Assembly: GCA_965112155.1 (NCBI GenBank)
Contig: OZ218101.1
Length of the DNA stretch: 64,000 nt
Strand: one strand, 5' to 3'
Origin: Podarcis liolepis
Lineage: Eukaryota
Of this stretch, positions 1 to 13,575 are shown one piece after another. Both the position numbers and the translations under genes were made by a program. Below the pieces are notes generated by a model. The model was not told the DNA's origin, ran no database searches, and saw only the letters and a list, made by a program, of their open reading frames with translations. Positions within the stretch are counted from its first letter, which is position 1. Each line of letters starts with the position of its first letter.

Positions 1-159
1 CACCCTTAAGTTTATTCAGCTGCAATGACTTCCAGAAATGCCATCAAATTCTAAATTATTTGAAGTTTCCCACAATAACTTCAGTATTATCTGCAGAATT
101 GCTCTAGCTTTGGAAATGAATGAATGGTTTTGCACTAGATTCGCATCTAGGCGTCAGTG

Positions 160-262
160 GTTCATGGAAGAAATGGATTATCTTTACCCCTTTGGGTTTA
201 GATGTTGTTTTGGGACTGAGATAGCATTAGTCCTCTTGGTAGGCGATCTAAAGTGGGAAATA
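160..262 (+). mobile_element. Highly decayed L2 LINE reverse-transcriptase fragment
   Basis: Translation EEMDYLYPFGFRCCFGTEIALVLLVGDL resembles the L2 RT motif D(Y)LDPFQSGFRPGFGTETALVALVDDL; same motif as 34060-34360. Confidence 0.65.
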
Positions 263-407
263 AATTCCACCCCTAAATTTCATTTACAGCCAGCTTGAAT
301 TGCATTTACAATAATGTACATGATCATTTCTCGCACGATAGCGATCAGGAAACAACTTGAATATCTGGGCCAATGGCTAGTTGTGCATCATCTGCTGCAA
401 TGTACAG

Positions 408-768
408 AAGAGGTGGAGAAACTCTGCCCCAGATGTTGCAGGACTACAGCTACCATAACTACAACTACTGTCCATGATGCCTGGGGTTGATGGGAGAGGG
501 AGTCTAACAATATACAGTAGTACCTAAGGTTACGGATGCTTCAGGTTACAGACTGTGCTAACCCAGAAATAGTACCTCAGATTAAGAACTTTGCTTCAGG
601 ATGAGAACAGAAATCGTGCTCCGGCGGCGCGACAGCAGTGGGAGGCCCCATTAGCTAAAGTGGTGCTTCAGGTTAAGAACAGTTTCAGGTTAAGAACGGA
701 CCTCCAGAACGAATTAAGTTCTTAACCCAAGGTACCACTGTATAGACAACCAAAGGTGCCAGCCTTTG
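408..768. mobile_element. ~130-bp palindromic hAT-type MITE, interrupted by the Tc1/mariner-pogo MITE at 515-740
   Basis: Left arm ccagatgttgcaggactacagctaccat and right arm gatgggagagggagtctaacaa...caaaggtgccagcc match the intact family member at 2881-3019. Confidence 0.65.
515..740 (+). mobile_element. Tc1/mariner-pogo (Tigger-like) MITE, copy 1
   Basis: TIRs cagtagtacctaaggtta...taacccaaggtaccactg; TA TSD at 513-514 and 741-742; near-identical copies at 32366, 44887, 50298. Confidence 0.9.
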
Positions 769-2880
769 GAGTCCAGGATTAATCCTTTAGCATGTGTTTT
801 TAAGTGATCAAAAACTGCATAGTTTGGCTCAATAAGCTGTTGGTTTGGTGTACCTTTTACACAGCAAAGCACCAGATCAAACTCTTAGATTTGAGAGATA
901 GTGGCAAAACGAAAACATTAAATACATAATTGGTGTATGCTCACTGCGTGCAGTTTGAAACCCATTAAATAGGCTGGCAACACTAAGGCACTTGCTGTGC
1001 TCATCATGGTTCAAAGATTGAGGTCCTTGTTGTTGTCGTTGTTTAAAAAAGGAAGGTTCAAAATGCAGTCAAATGTGTGATTAGGTTGTCAGTTTCCCAT
1101 CTAGACGCATGGATGGCATCAGCCACATAGTTAGCTAAAATATTGCTCCTGGCACCTAAGAGATGTGGATTTAAAAAAGAAGAAGAAGCTATGACTTAAA
1201 AAGAAAAGAAAAACACCAATGACATTTTTAGTCTTACCTGATTGGCCATGGCTTCAAGCAATAAACAGCGTTTCCTCTTGAGAACCTCAAATGCCAGACA
1301 TGACATGCAAAGGTAATGTTCTTTCTGACTCATTAGCTATGTCATGCAAAGTCTTAAATGGCTGGTAAATAAAGCTGAGAAAAACATCTCTCCCTCAAAC
1401 ATCCCTCAATCTTACTAATCAACCCAGCTCTTTCATGAATAGAATATGTGGGAATTAACATAGACATTATAAGTAAGAAGTACAGGCATTCACAATTCGA
1501 ATAGATAAAGGAATCTTGTTAATTTCTTCTTCTGACACCCCTTCTAGCTCATAACATATTAAGGCAGTGGTTTTCAACCAGCATGCCATGGCAGCCTGAG
1601 GTGCCTTGAATAATGCTCAGGGGTGCTGCAGGCAACACTGGCCTGTGTTCCTCTTTCTTTCCTTCCCTCACTCCTCTGATGACTTCTCAGGTCTCTGCCT
1701 CCCAAAGGCTTGTGCAGCAGTTTGTTCTAGCAGCCCTGGCTACAAGATCCCCAGACAAATGGTGCCTCTGGGGCTGGCTGGGGGAACTGAGGTGACCTCG
1801 GAGTACACAAGCAAGTGGGTGAGGGACCCCAGCCAGCTGGTCTGTCAGCCCTTGCTCTTGGGAATGGATGGACAAGTGGGAAGCAGGGCAGGCAGGCTGG
1901 TGCTGCACTGGTCTTTATTGTGATTGCTGTGTGCAATATGAAAAAAACACTGGAAATTCTGTTTGTTCATTGTGCAATACACCAACACAACTAAAACAAA
2001 GAAAACTGTTTAAATTGGTTGAACTGGACCTTTGCCTTAGGAGTAAATGTACAACAGGTCTCTGGGTTTGATGTTGTGCGACTGGGAACCAAAGGAATGA
2101 ATCTTGTTCCCAGCTAAAGATACTTGATCAATATCAATAAATCTGATAGGATTATGAGGATGAGAAGTGAAAGAATGCCAAGTCTGTATACGTTCAAGTG
2201 AACCTTCTGTGATGAGAGATTAGTTTTGTTATATCTTTGTAGGACCTTTATTCAACATGAAAGAGACACTCCTCTCTTTAATAAATGAGCCAGGAATCAA
2301 TTAAGGATCTAAAAGACTCACAAACAATTTAACAAAGTTTCAGATCGTTTAATTGCTTGTGCTGCTTCTTTGTAATCACTTTGTAGCATAGTTTCTCTTC
2401 TTTCAAGTGTCTGAGCCTTCTATAAACTCTCCTGGGAAATCTAAAGCCAAATTAATGTTTCAATTATATATACAAACATCTGTGTCAGTAATATTTAAAT
2501 GACGTGGCAATGAAAAGACTGAGGATTTTTTTTGTTAAAGGCTGGTTTCTTTGGAAAAGCCAACTCTAATTTTTTTACTCCCAATTCAGGTATCTTTGCA
2601 ATGATATGACCCGTAATCAACATACTTTGCATAATAAAATCACATTCTGAGATATTCTAACTGTGCCATATACTGAAAATGGCATCGCTATTAATCCAGA
2701 ACCTTTGTTAAATCCACTATTTTGACCTCCTTTGAGGAGATGTAGAATTTGGCTTCCCCCCCAAATCCCATAGCTCAGTCTGCTACTAGGGATAACATCT
2801 CAACCACAAAACGTATTTTGTGTTTGAAAGCCATTAAAACTAGAACAGGAAGGCACCCACAGAATGATTTTGGGCTAAGG

Positions 2881-3019
2881 CAGGTGTAGGTAACCTCTGA
2901 CCCTCTGGGTGTTGCTGAACAATAACTCCCATCAGCCCCAACAATCATGGTCAATAGCCAGGGATGATGGGAATTTTAGTTCAACAACATCTCAAGGGCC
3001 AAAGGTTCCTCACACCATG
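2881..3019. mobile_element. Palindromic hAT-type MITE
   Basis: caggtgtaggtaacctctgaccctctgggtgttgctgaac...actcccatca / tgatgggaattttagttcaacaacatctcaagggccaaaggttcctcacacc form a long imperfect inverted repeat. Confidence 0.75.
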
Positions 3020-5916
3020 TAGTGATTAAAATATTACCAACACTTCCTTTCAGGATTTGAAGTAATGGCATCACTTCAAATTAGTAACTGTGGCATATAA
3101 ACATAGAGTCTTCTCTGCTTAGTTATTAACCACAAGCTACCCTAGTCTCCTTATTATCTAATCTAATATTATCCTATTTTTGATAAGCAGTTCAAAGAAA
3201 GACTTTCCAAGGGAGAAGCAGTTTCCAAAGCTTCCTTCCCATCTGTCAACAAAGCTGGATGGTAGAATCGTTCCCTTCTCTCTGACTTGGGGAGATGGGA
3301 GAGGTGCCCCAGAACTTTGCCACTGCCTACTGCCCTCTGCCCCTTGGGGCAGGGAAGACTGGTGGGAAACCTGGGTAGTGGAGCTCTGTGCTGTTTTGTC
3401 CCTGCCAGAGCCTCCCTTACCTATGTTGTTTCTGTGGTGGTGGTGGGGCGGGCAGGGCGCTCACGGGAGTGCTGCCTGTTCCGTTCCCACCACCTGAGGC
3501 AGCTGCTTCAACCTGTGTCATGGGTGGGCTGGCTCTGGTAGAGACAATACTGAGTTAGATGGAACAATAACAATATCTAACAGGCATCTTCCTGTCTTCC
3601 TATATAAGGCATCTTTTAAAAGTCAGAAACAAAGGCACTTCGGATATAGACACTTTTGGTGAGACTTGGCTTCCATTATTTTCCTTTATAAACAAGACAG
3701 AAAATACTTTTATTCCACCCACAACACAATAATCTCTGTGGAGAGGATACTTGAATTGACAATGCATAAATAAACATATTGCTTGTGTATTGTGTACTGC
3801 ATATGAAACTCAATAAGAATGTACCACTGAACAAGTCACTGTAGTTATATGTTGTACTATTTATATAAAAACCAATAAAATAAAATAACAACAACAACAA
3901 CAACAATAATTTTATTTATACCCTGCCCATCTGGCTGTAAAAGTCATTACATATATAAGATATCAAAGCTGGCCATCTTACAGTCGGAAAGGCACACTGG
4001 AGGAAATAATGTTACTTGTAGCTGATAATACCACTTCAGATATCTAAACTGTATTGAACAGATTACCACAGCGTGAAGACTTGCAATTTATTACACAGTC
4101 TATAAATACAGAATCTTCACTCAGCCTAGATAGGGGACGTATGTTACCTTTTTGTTCTTATTATGAGTTTGAACTGTTATAACCTCGCCTAGAGCTATGC
4201 TTAGTCAATGGACTATGATGCTCTCTGAGTCATATCACCCTTTCTTCAGCTTAATTTATTTGGATGGTGCAAAATGTTTCAAAATGCAAAATACCCAAAC
4301 ATATTGCAGCACCACTCAAAACACAACACTCATAAATAGAAGCTGCTAATGGACTATAACTGGGACAGGGAGACTTCCAGTGTCCACGTGCCATTGGTGG
4401 GTGGAACAACATATGAAATGGTTACCTTTACACAATAGGCTATTTTGTTACATGTAATCATGTGCTCCGTTCTATTCCCTATAAAGGCAAGCAAGATGCA
4501 TTATCAGAATTCAAGGACACATTATTTCCAGGCAAAAGCATTCCAGGTGTGAGGGTGGGCCACCGAGGGGTGGAACCTAAAAAGAGGATGTGGTGTAAAA
4601 AAGATTTAGAGGGCTGCATTTGGTCCCCAGGCTGGAAGTCCCTCAGCCTTGCACTAGATCATAGGGTCCATTAGAAGTGGCATGCATTTTAGTCAACAAA
4701 AATTCTATATATTATTAAAGTGATATCATCTCTGTTGTCTGTAATTAAAATATCACTTGGCAACTAAAATACTACAGTTTTGTATAATATACAACAGCAA
4801 GAAGGAATAAGAAAATAATTCATGACATACTTCTGTTCTGGCGGCAGTGGCAGCAACAACCACCTCTTGATGGATTTCAATATATGCCAAGTGTTAAAGC
4901 TTAGATTTATGTGCCAGACAGCTGCTAGCATGCACTGACTGAAGTATTGCTACACCTCGACAGCAGAAGAGTCCAATATTTAGTAGGATTTGGCTTGAGT
5001 GAGGTTTATGTCTGGTCTATACTTTCAAGAATGTCTAAACATAAAGCGAATGGTGATTGTGTTTATCTGAATGCATGAAACGCTTTGTTATGGTGCCTTG
5101 CTACACCTGTCCAACCTGTGCTGATCAGATGAGAAAACTGTCAAGAAGTTGCCACAAGCAACAGATTCAAGTGGAGAACACCATTTTTCTGGTTCCAGTC
5201 TCCATCTCTGTTTGTCATTTTAAAAAAAAACAAACAACAAGCTCCAGTCCGTCCAAATATTTTAATTGCTAACTTTTGATGTGAAGATTTGTACAGCTGG
5301 CATTGTGCACAGTTGGGAAACCACTGATGATGGTGGACAACAAAATGAGGCAGAATTTTTCGCTATTTCCAGTACTTGTACAATAAGAAAAGGGCAAAGA
5401 AAAGTTGCCAGATTATCTGCAGCAAAGTGTGAAAAGAGGCAGGTGTGGATGAGGTGGCAAGTTTCTGTTTGGAACAATAAGATTTCTTGGTTAAATTGCT
5501 AGAAATCTCATGAGAACTGTTATTAGGACCAGGGTCTCACATGATTTGGGGAGAGAGGCACCCCCCAAGCAGTGGTGGAATATGCCTTTTGTATGGTAAG
5601 AAAGTGAAGGTACCCAGGCTGCAGAGTACTTAAAATGTCTGAACTGCATATCAGAAATTTCATGCAATTAATCCAGTGAAGCTTGGAATTATCCCAACTG
5701 GAATCCTTTTGACCATATCTGTAGAATCCTCATAAAAACACAGCAACTAAATCCCACCCATGTCTACAAAATCAAATCTTTTATTCCTCAAATACAACTG
5801 CATATCAATACCCATCAGTTCTATTCTGGGGTGGGTAAATGATTCAATTGGAGGATATAAGAGAAGGGGGGGAAATGTCAATCATACCGTGCTGGTTGAA
5901 ACTTCCTACATACAAA

Positions 5917-6207
5917 GGGACGCAGGTAGTGCTGTGGTCTAAACCACTGAGCCACTTGGGCTTGCCAATCAGAAGGTCAGCAGTTCGAATGTTCGTGACA
6001 GGGTAAACTCCCATTGCTTTGTCCCAGCTCCTGCCAACCTAGCAGTTCAAAAGCATGCCTGTGCCAGTAGATATATAGGTATATGACCCAGAAAGCTATG
6101 TGTGGACAAATGCTGGCTTCCTCGGCCTGAAACAAGATGAGCACCACACCCCATAGTCACCTTTGACAAGACTTAACCATCCAGGGGTCCTTTGCCTTTA
6201 CCTTTTT
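5917..6207 (+). mobile_element. Sauria SINE with internal deletion
   Basis: tRNA-like head gggacgcaggtagtgctgtggtctaaaccactgag, tail caggggtcctttgcctttacc; TSD tacatacaa (5907-5915) / tacgtacaa (6208-6216). Confidence 0.9.
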
Positions 6208-8927
6208 TACGTACAATATACCTTACATCGTGCACTGTTACAAAGCACATTTCAAAACAAAGTTAGGGTTGGGTGTTAATCAATCAATTCAAGCTATTCA
6301 AATATAGCACAAAACAGTACAGAATAATCATCTACTGTCTCGGAAAGATTAGCATCTTGAATTAATGAGTCAGAGACTTCAGCATGTCAGAAGTAAAAAG
6401 ACTGAATTTTTCAATGCATCTCTGTTTGGAGGTGGGGGAACATTTTGACTCTTGGTGTGGGAGACAAGGTGATGAAATTACTTGCATCTTTATTATTGAT
6501 ATTTATTTATTGTCTTTTACATGTACGTGATTTGAAGCAGCTTCCTGACCAACCTTAAGGGTAGCCCTAGAATGATAAAGCACCTTGCAAATCCAACCCT
6601 GGGGTTACAGATGCATGGACAATGGTGGCCATGCATTTAACACTGATTCAGATCAGAGGATACCATAAACCGTCAGAGGAGAAGAAGAAAAATGTTGGGA
6701 CGTATGTGAATGCAGGCACCAAACACAGGCTAGTTTTACAAATTGGTCTTTTCAGGGGTTTCTATCCTTGGTAGCAATAACACATTGACTATTCAGGACA
6801 TTGCTATCTCTTTACTCTCACAGCGAGGAAATTAAGGGAAAAATGGATTAAGTGTCTTTTAGGTTGATTGCTCCTTGTGGATTGTTGCTCTTAAATAACG
6901 CCATTCAATATTATACCGGTGAAAGAAATAAAATTGCAATTAAGGATGCCAGAAAGCCTCTGTGCGCATTCCCAGAGAAGCTGCCCACTCACTAAATGCC
7001 AGGAAGCGCCAAAAAGAGCTCATCCATAGCTATCTAGGAATAGCAAAGAAAAGTATGCTGGCAGCTGTTCTGCGGGATTTGGATAGCGCACTTATTCAAT
7101 AAAATATACTCATATATCCACAGCATCTTGACATGACAAGTTTCTACAGTCTCCCATCAAACTAAACTATACAAAAGAGCACCCATTATTCAAGTCTCAG
7201 TTATCCAGAGTCACTGTATGTTTTCCACACAGCTGCAGGTCAGGCTAATCTCATGTGTGCTGCTTTAATCTATTATTTGAACTTCTGATTATCCAAATGA
7301 TGTTGGCTGCGTCCCTTCAGCCATTGGGATAAATTAGATTTTATTTCATTGACTGCTTCCCTAAAGCGTAGCCTTTAATGTCAATGTGCCTAGGAATAGC
7401 TACATGGAAGATAAAATTAACAGCAATAAGTGAGTATAATGCTTATAGGTCCCTAGCTATTTTTAATTTCATATTCATTAACAGTTAATTCCCAGGTCCT
7501 CATAAAACAAAGCATCACTCACCACCTGTATGGTAGGCTTAGATCCCATCCTTCCCACATATATTTGGCTTCAATTACAGAAATCAGACCTAGCCCTAGA
7601 TCGGTGTTCCTCCCCAGTTGTTGTGAAAAAATTATTGTGTGAAGCATCCTTACCTCTTCCCACATTGCTTTATTTAATAGTATTTGAAATAATAATGGTT
7701 GAGTTTAAAATCACCTCTATCCGCCCACCTAGAACTATTTCTGAAATGTAATTCTGAAGTAGTGTGGTTCTGGCAAAAGCTTGGCAAAAACACACAAATA
7801 TAGTAACTGGAACATACCAGTTGGGTGGTATTTATCATCACCATGGCCAGCCTGCAACTAGCTTATTTGAAAGAAAATCATAGTGGGGGGAAATTGGCGA
7901 TCAACCAGCTGTTGCATGGTTTTATTTAATTTAGGCCAGCCTCATACATCAAGAGGTTATCAGGCATCTTCCCATCATTGAGTTGACTGTAAATATGCCC
8001 TTCTCTTTTGCCACATGCCTCATTGTTCAGAATAGTAATTAAACAATCAATTTTTCATTATTATTTAAGAGATTTCTGAATTGCCTTTCAGCATATGAAA
8101 GCCTTCGCAAGGTGGCATATGATTTTCAGGTTGTAAGCCAAACCTCATTTTCCTGGGAATAAGCCCTACTGAATCCAATAAAATCCAGCAAAATTTTAAA
8201 TCTACTCTTTTGTAAGAATGTTAAGATTTAAGATTTGATTATTAGGAAGTCTAATCTTCTCCTTCTATATATTTATCAACTTGATATAATTTTTAAATCA
8301 CAGAAGGTGAAGCTATGTTTAATCCAAAGCTTGATCACATTCCTTTAGGATGATAAATTAAAAGGTCCTTTAACTTTTCCATGGTATCATTCACTTTTGC
8401 TCCACAATAAGTAGAAACAGTTTGTAATAAGAACCATACTGGAGACTCTTAATCATGACTTGTAATTACCTTAGGTATTCTTCCATAATACATTCCAAAA
8501 TTAAATAGGAATAGAAACACTGTATGCAACATTGTTCACCTGGGAGAAGAATGTGAATTAAAATATGCTGATATAACCCAGTTGTTTACAACACAATTTG
8601 CTGCAGGAGATGCAAATGTTGTGAAATATCGCTACACCAAAATAATTGGAATAGAAGGAAACTGTAAAATAATAGACTTGTGTTGCCTAACCTAATAATT
8701 CCTTTGAGCTGTGGGAGCATGTGGAGTTGAGTATGTACTAGGCCTACCCTGTTGCTCCAGTAGGAGGGCTACTCTATGCACCGATAGGGAATTCTTGGCA
8801 TCTGCAGGTAAGTTGAGATGAACTCCTGTCTGAAACCCCGGTGAGCTGCTGCTGATGTGTGGTGCAAGCAGGCCTTGCTCCAGCAAAGGAACAATTAGGA
8901 ACTCAAAGCTCCTCACCTTCTTAAACT

Positions 8928-9050
8928 CTCATAGACTCATAGAATTGTAGAGTTGGAAGAGTCACCTAGTCCACCTAGTCACCTATGAGAGTCACCTAGT
9001 CCAACCCCCTGCAATCCTTTGCCCAATGTGGGGCTCAAAGTCTGATCTCT
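8928..9050 (-). mobile_element. Short SINE with CR1-type tail (decayed)
   Basis: catagaattgtagagttggaag...tagtccaaccccctgca is the reverse complement of a CR1-like 3' end; same family as 58845-58990. Confidence 0.6.
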
Positions 9051-9135
9051 CTTTATCTCCTTATCTTTTCCAGCCCCCAAAGGACCTTAGTGATGCATGG
9101 CCACAGTCTATTCTGTTGTTCACTTTTATTATGGA

Positions 9136-9314
9136 CTGTGGAACACCATCCCATCAGATGCCAAGGAAATAAACAACTATCTGACCTTTAGAAGACAGCC
9201 TGAAGGCAGCCCTGTTTAGGGAAGGTTTTAACAACTGATGTTTAAATGTATTTTTAATATTTTGTTGGAAGCTGCCCAGAGTGGCTGGGGAAACCGTATC
9301 AGATGCTCAGGGTG

Positions 9315-9349
<35 letters not shown>

Positions 9350-9357
9350 ATATAAAA

Positions 9358-9401
<44 letters not shown>
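9136..9401 (+). mobile_element. L2 LINE 3' end with (AAAT)n/(ATT)n tail
   Basis: ctgtggaacaccatccc...ctgaaggcagccctgtttagggaag...cccagagtggctggggaaac then microsatellite tail; same family as 14597-15069. Confidence 0.85.
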
Positions 9402-9403
<2 letters not shown>

Positions 9404-9583
9404 CTGGAGGTAATCATAACATAGAAAGCTATCAGCTATAATATCCATAAAACAGAGGTTGAGTACCATAAACACATTTATCTTAGCAGATAAGCTTCAA
9501 TGATAATATACCACAAAGAATTTGTACATTGGTGACATTTAAAATCAAAGGGTAGTAAAAACGTTGTATGGAATACATCTTTA

Positions 9584-9766
9584 AAAAGGTCAAGGACCCC
9601 TGACAGTTAAGTCCAGTCGTGAACGACTCTGGGGTTGCGGCACTCATCTCGCTTTATTGGCCGAGGGAGCGGACATTTGTCCACAGACAGTTTTTCTGGG
9701 TCATGTGGCCAGCATGACTAAGCTGCTTCTGGCGAAACCAGAGCAGTGCACAGAAACGTTGTTTAC
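9584..9766 (-). mobile_element. 5'-truncated Sauria SINE
   Basis: aaaggtcaaggacccctgacagttaagtccagtcgtgaacgactctggggttgcgg is the reverse complement of the Sauria 3' end. Confidence 0.9.
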
Positions 9767-11139
9767 AACTTGGCAGGATATACTGTAAAAGCAACTTCAA
9801 AATGAGCTTTATGGCTAAGTGGATTTGAACCCTGGTCTCCCAGGTCTTAGTCCAGATATATCAACATAGCTGCCCAATGTGCATTACCTGAAAGCTTCCC
9901 AGAGAAATCTGAATAGTTTCTGATGGAAGCTCAACTGGATGAACCCTTTATTTCATCTGTTGTGGATCTTTTGTGTGTGTGTGTGTGTGTGTGTGTGCTT
10001 TTGAGAGCTCTAATTTAGTTTACCATCTATGAATTAGATAGGTATATACATATTTTTATTTAAGACTGGGGCCTGAAAAGGTGGCCTGAATCTATAATGT
10101 TGATGTAAGCACACTGCTAAGATTACTGACAATGCAATTATATTAATGCTGTACTCAAAAGTAAGACCCATTTAGTTCTCAGTGAGATTTACTCCAGGGA
10201 AGTGTGTATAGGACTGTAGCCTTTGCTTTCTACATGCTGGGAGCATTAAGTATTCAATCTTCCTTTCCTTTCTAATGTTATAAACATTGCTTACTGCCTG
10301 AGCACTCCACAGTCCTTTGATATCAGATGTTTCACCATAGGCTAAATGTATTAATTTGCATCCTATTTTCAAACACAATAAATATGTTTCTATTTGAATT
10401 TAACAAGAAATCTCCCTTTTATATTTCAGGCAAGTAATATATAGGGCATTTTATTCTCTGAACATTTAGTGAGATGGTTAGAAGGAGAAGTGACAAAGAT
10501 TCAAATTTACATAGTGTTATCTTCATCAGGTTTTGGAAATGTCATTTAACTTCAGAGATTTCAGCACTGAGAAAACCAAGCATCTTACTTACATGGTGTA
10601 GGGCACAAATCACTTCTCAGATTCTTGTACCGAGGAGTGAAAATTGCACACTTGCAGCTGTAGATAAGAGTTACAAATAAAGTATGGCAAGTTTCTGGAC
10701 AGTTATCACAGATCTGGGGGAAGGGGAATAAAGTTGTGATTTGTTTCACTATTAAGCCATTGTCACGTAAGGGAGATGAATGTGCAATTATCCTGCCTTT
10801 TGAAAAACAGCCTTGCACGATTCGCAATAAGGCGTTCCAAAGACCCTACCATGTGTGTTCAATAAATGCATAAGGGACTCTGGCCTCCACTGTTGGTATG
10901 CCCAGAATGCCCCCATCTCCTGTCCATGCATTCAGCATGCATGAGAAGGGTCTGTACAGGAGAACAAATTCTCCTTATGAGAGAGTGTCCTGCTCCAATC
11001 AAGTTCTCCCTTGTATGAAGGCTCTCTGTGTAGGTAGCCCCATAATGATCATTGAATGAATGTGTGATCTAACAAGCCAAGACTCTGATTGGGGAAGGAT
11101 AGGTTTTGGGTTTGATTTTATTTAGATTTCAACTTTGGT

Positions 11140-11361
11140 TTGGACCCTTATGTTTCCCTCCCCTTATGGTTTTGAACTATGGGCTACTATTAAAAAGAGG
11201 CTGCATTTTCAATTGTATTTTAACCCGTATTTTAAATTGTGTTTTTTCCCCTCCCCTATTATGTTTTTATTGTGATTTTACTGGTGTTAGCTGCCATGAG
11301 CCTGGCTCTGGCCAGGGAGGGTGGGGTATAAATTTATTCTTATTTTATTTTATTTTATTTT
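11140..11361 (+). mobile_element. L2-type LINE 3' UTR/tail remnant
   Basis: gttagctgccatgagcctggctctggccagggagggtggggtataaat plus (TTTTA)n; matches the tail of the 18129-18531 element. Confidence 0.65.
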
Positions 11362-13287
11362 CAGTACCGTGTCTCTGTAAACCACCTAGAAGCTATTGTA
11401 GATAAGTGGTATATAAGCAGCTTAAATACATAAATAAAATTACTAAATATACATCTCTTCTAAAACACATAAGTCAGGTTCTAGGGTCAAACATACAAGC
11501 TTTCTTTTTGCAGCAACAAATATATGAGGCTGCAAAGAGAAGTGTGCAGGTGCTAACCTTGGGCCTTCAGGGGACCAGCTTTGGGCAAATATGGTGAGGA
11601 TGTCCCCAAAGTTCTGAAAGGCCTTCAAGGTTACTCTGTCAACCAAACCTATCTCACAGTCTTCCTGCAAATAATGGGAGAAGAAGAATTAAAAAACCAT
11701 TTGCAGACTGAAACATGCTGCAGACATTCTTAATGAAAATGCTTCAGAATGGGCCTGAGCGTTACAATGCCACTCTCAGGAAAGATTATAAAATGGTGAA
11801 CACTGTTTCAAGCACTATAGCATTATATGTCATCAGGTGCATATCAGCAGGGATATTACTGTAATAAGCCCTTAATTTCCGTAAGTCCTTGGAGTGAATT
11901 GCCTTTCAGGAAAGGATCAAGTGAAGCCTATGATACTAGTAAGAATTGTGCATTAAAAAAAATGGAAAAAGGACATTGAAAATAATAATATACTTTACAG
12001 AGTTGAAGACCAAACCACCAAGGTAGCAAATCTATTTGCTTACAGAACGGTGTTTCGGTAGGCTTCTGCAATAGGGTATCACTTTTCTTAGCAAAAGCAT
12101 CTGGTGGGAATGAAGCAATACCCAGATCACATAAAAACAGATTAGTTACCCAGCAGCGAAGCAAACTTTCCTGATGCCTGGGGTGCACCCGGGGCTCGGG
12201 GAGGGTGGTGTGAGAAGGATGCCATGTGCCCTTCAATCCCAGCCTTGGCCATGAGGGGTTGGGATTGTAGGGTGCATGGCTGCTGTGTTCTTTTCACACC
12301 ACCCTTCCCAAGCCACTAGAGATTTGCGAGTGGTTTGCCCATTTTATGTGGAAGGTTGCAACCAGGAAGGGGACTTTTGGAGATCCATTGCAGATTTGAA
12401 ATTTCCTTCTGAGCCCTTTGGATCCATGTCACTATATACATGGTTTCCTGTAAAAGGTCACATTATAACCAGAAACAAAAATTAATGGAAATATGAGTTG
12501 GGCTTTCGTTCACTACCCATTATGAGAAGGACTGTTGTCCATACAATCAGTATGGAACGGATGAATCTCTGCTCATTTCACATTTGCCTCTATTTGTGGA
12601 GTCTTGCATTTGGGATTTTCACTGTGGAGGCCATCTTTGCTGGTTTCATAACTTCTGCATTAGGAATAAGAGCAGAAAGGAGCAAAGAGTGTTCATGATC
12701 ATGTAGAAATGTAGCATCATAATCAGGTTTGAACTTTTGTCGCTGAAACCCATAGTACACTTCTGGAGGAACACAGACATAACTGGACATAACAGCAGCA
12801 TTGAAACTCTTAAAACCAGAAAGTTACATGTGTTTAGGCCACAATCTCCCACCAATTTCTGCCTGTGTTGAGTATGCTGTAAATATATCAACCTGAATCT
12901 TACACAACTGAAGTGCTGGGTTGTGGTCATAATTATCAACAGAATAACAGGGCATGAAACTTGAATAAAGATAGCACTGCTTCTAATTATATATTGCTGT
13001 TTATCTATTTCAAGTATCCCTTGTGAAGTCTTGCTCTGCTAAGTAAATGACAAATGTTGCAGAAGCCATTTCTATTTGGTAAAAAAGGGTGGAAAGGCAA
13101 GTCTTACGTTGGTTAGGAATGAAGCATGGCAGCTGTCCAGGATAGGGCAGATATGAAGTGCCCCAAACAGAAAATGGGTAAGTAAGGGGAAGGACAAGAA
13201 GAAGATGAGGTTTAAACAAGATTAGAAGCAGGAGAACAAGGGAAGGGCTCTGTTTTGATTCATAAGAAAAATTCCATATTAAGACAA

Positions 13288-13335
13288 TGTTTGTTTGTTT
13301 GTTTGTTTGTTTGTTTGTTTGATTGATTGATTGAT
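13288..13335. repeat. (TTTG)n(ATTG)n microsatellite
   Basis: Directly visible. Confidence 0.95.
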
Positions 13336-13575
13336 TTGTATACTGCCAGTCACCCATAGATTCCAGGTCATTTTACAACATAAAAATACAAGATAAAAAC
13401 TGGGCTTGCACCCCAGAGAAGTCACTTTGCTGCTGTTAACACAGCAAAATCAACACAAGAGGCATCAGCTACTTGTCTCTGCAGCCACAGCGAGTTCTGT
13501 GATTCTCCAGCAATTTGACTTTCTGCGAGGTGCACTCCATTGTCTTTTGAGACAGACAGATGTCAACAACAACAA

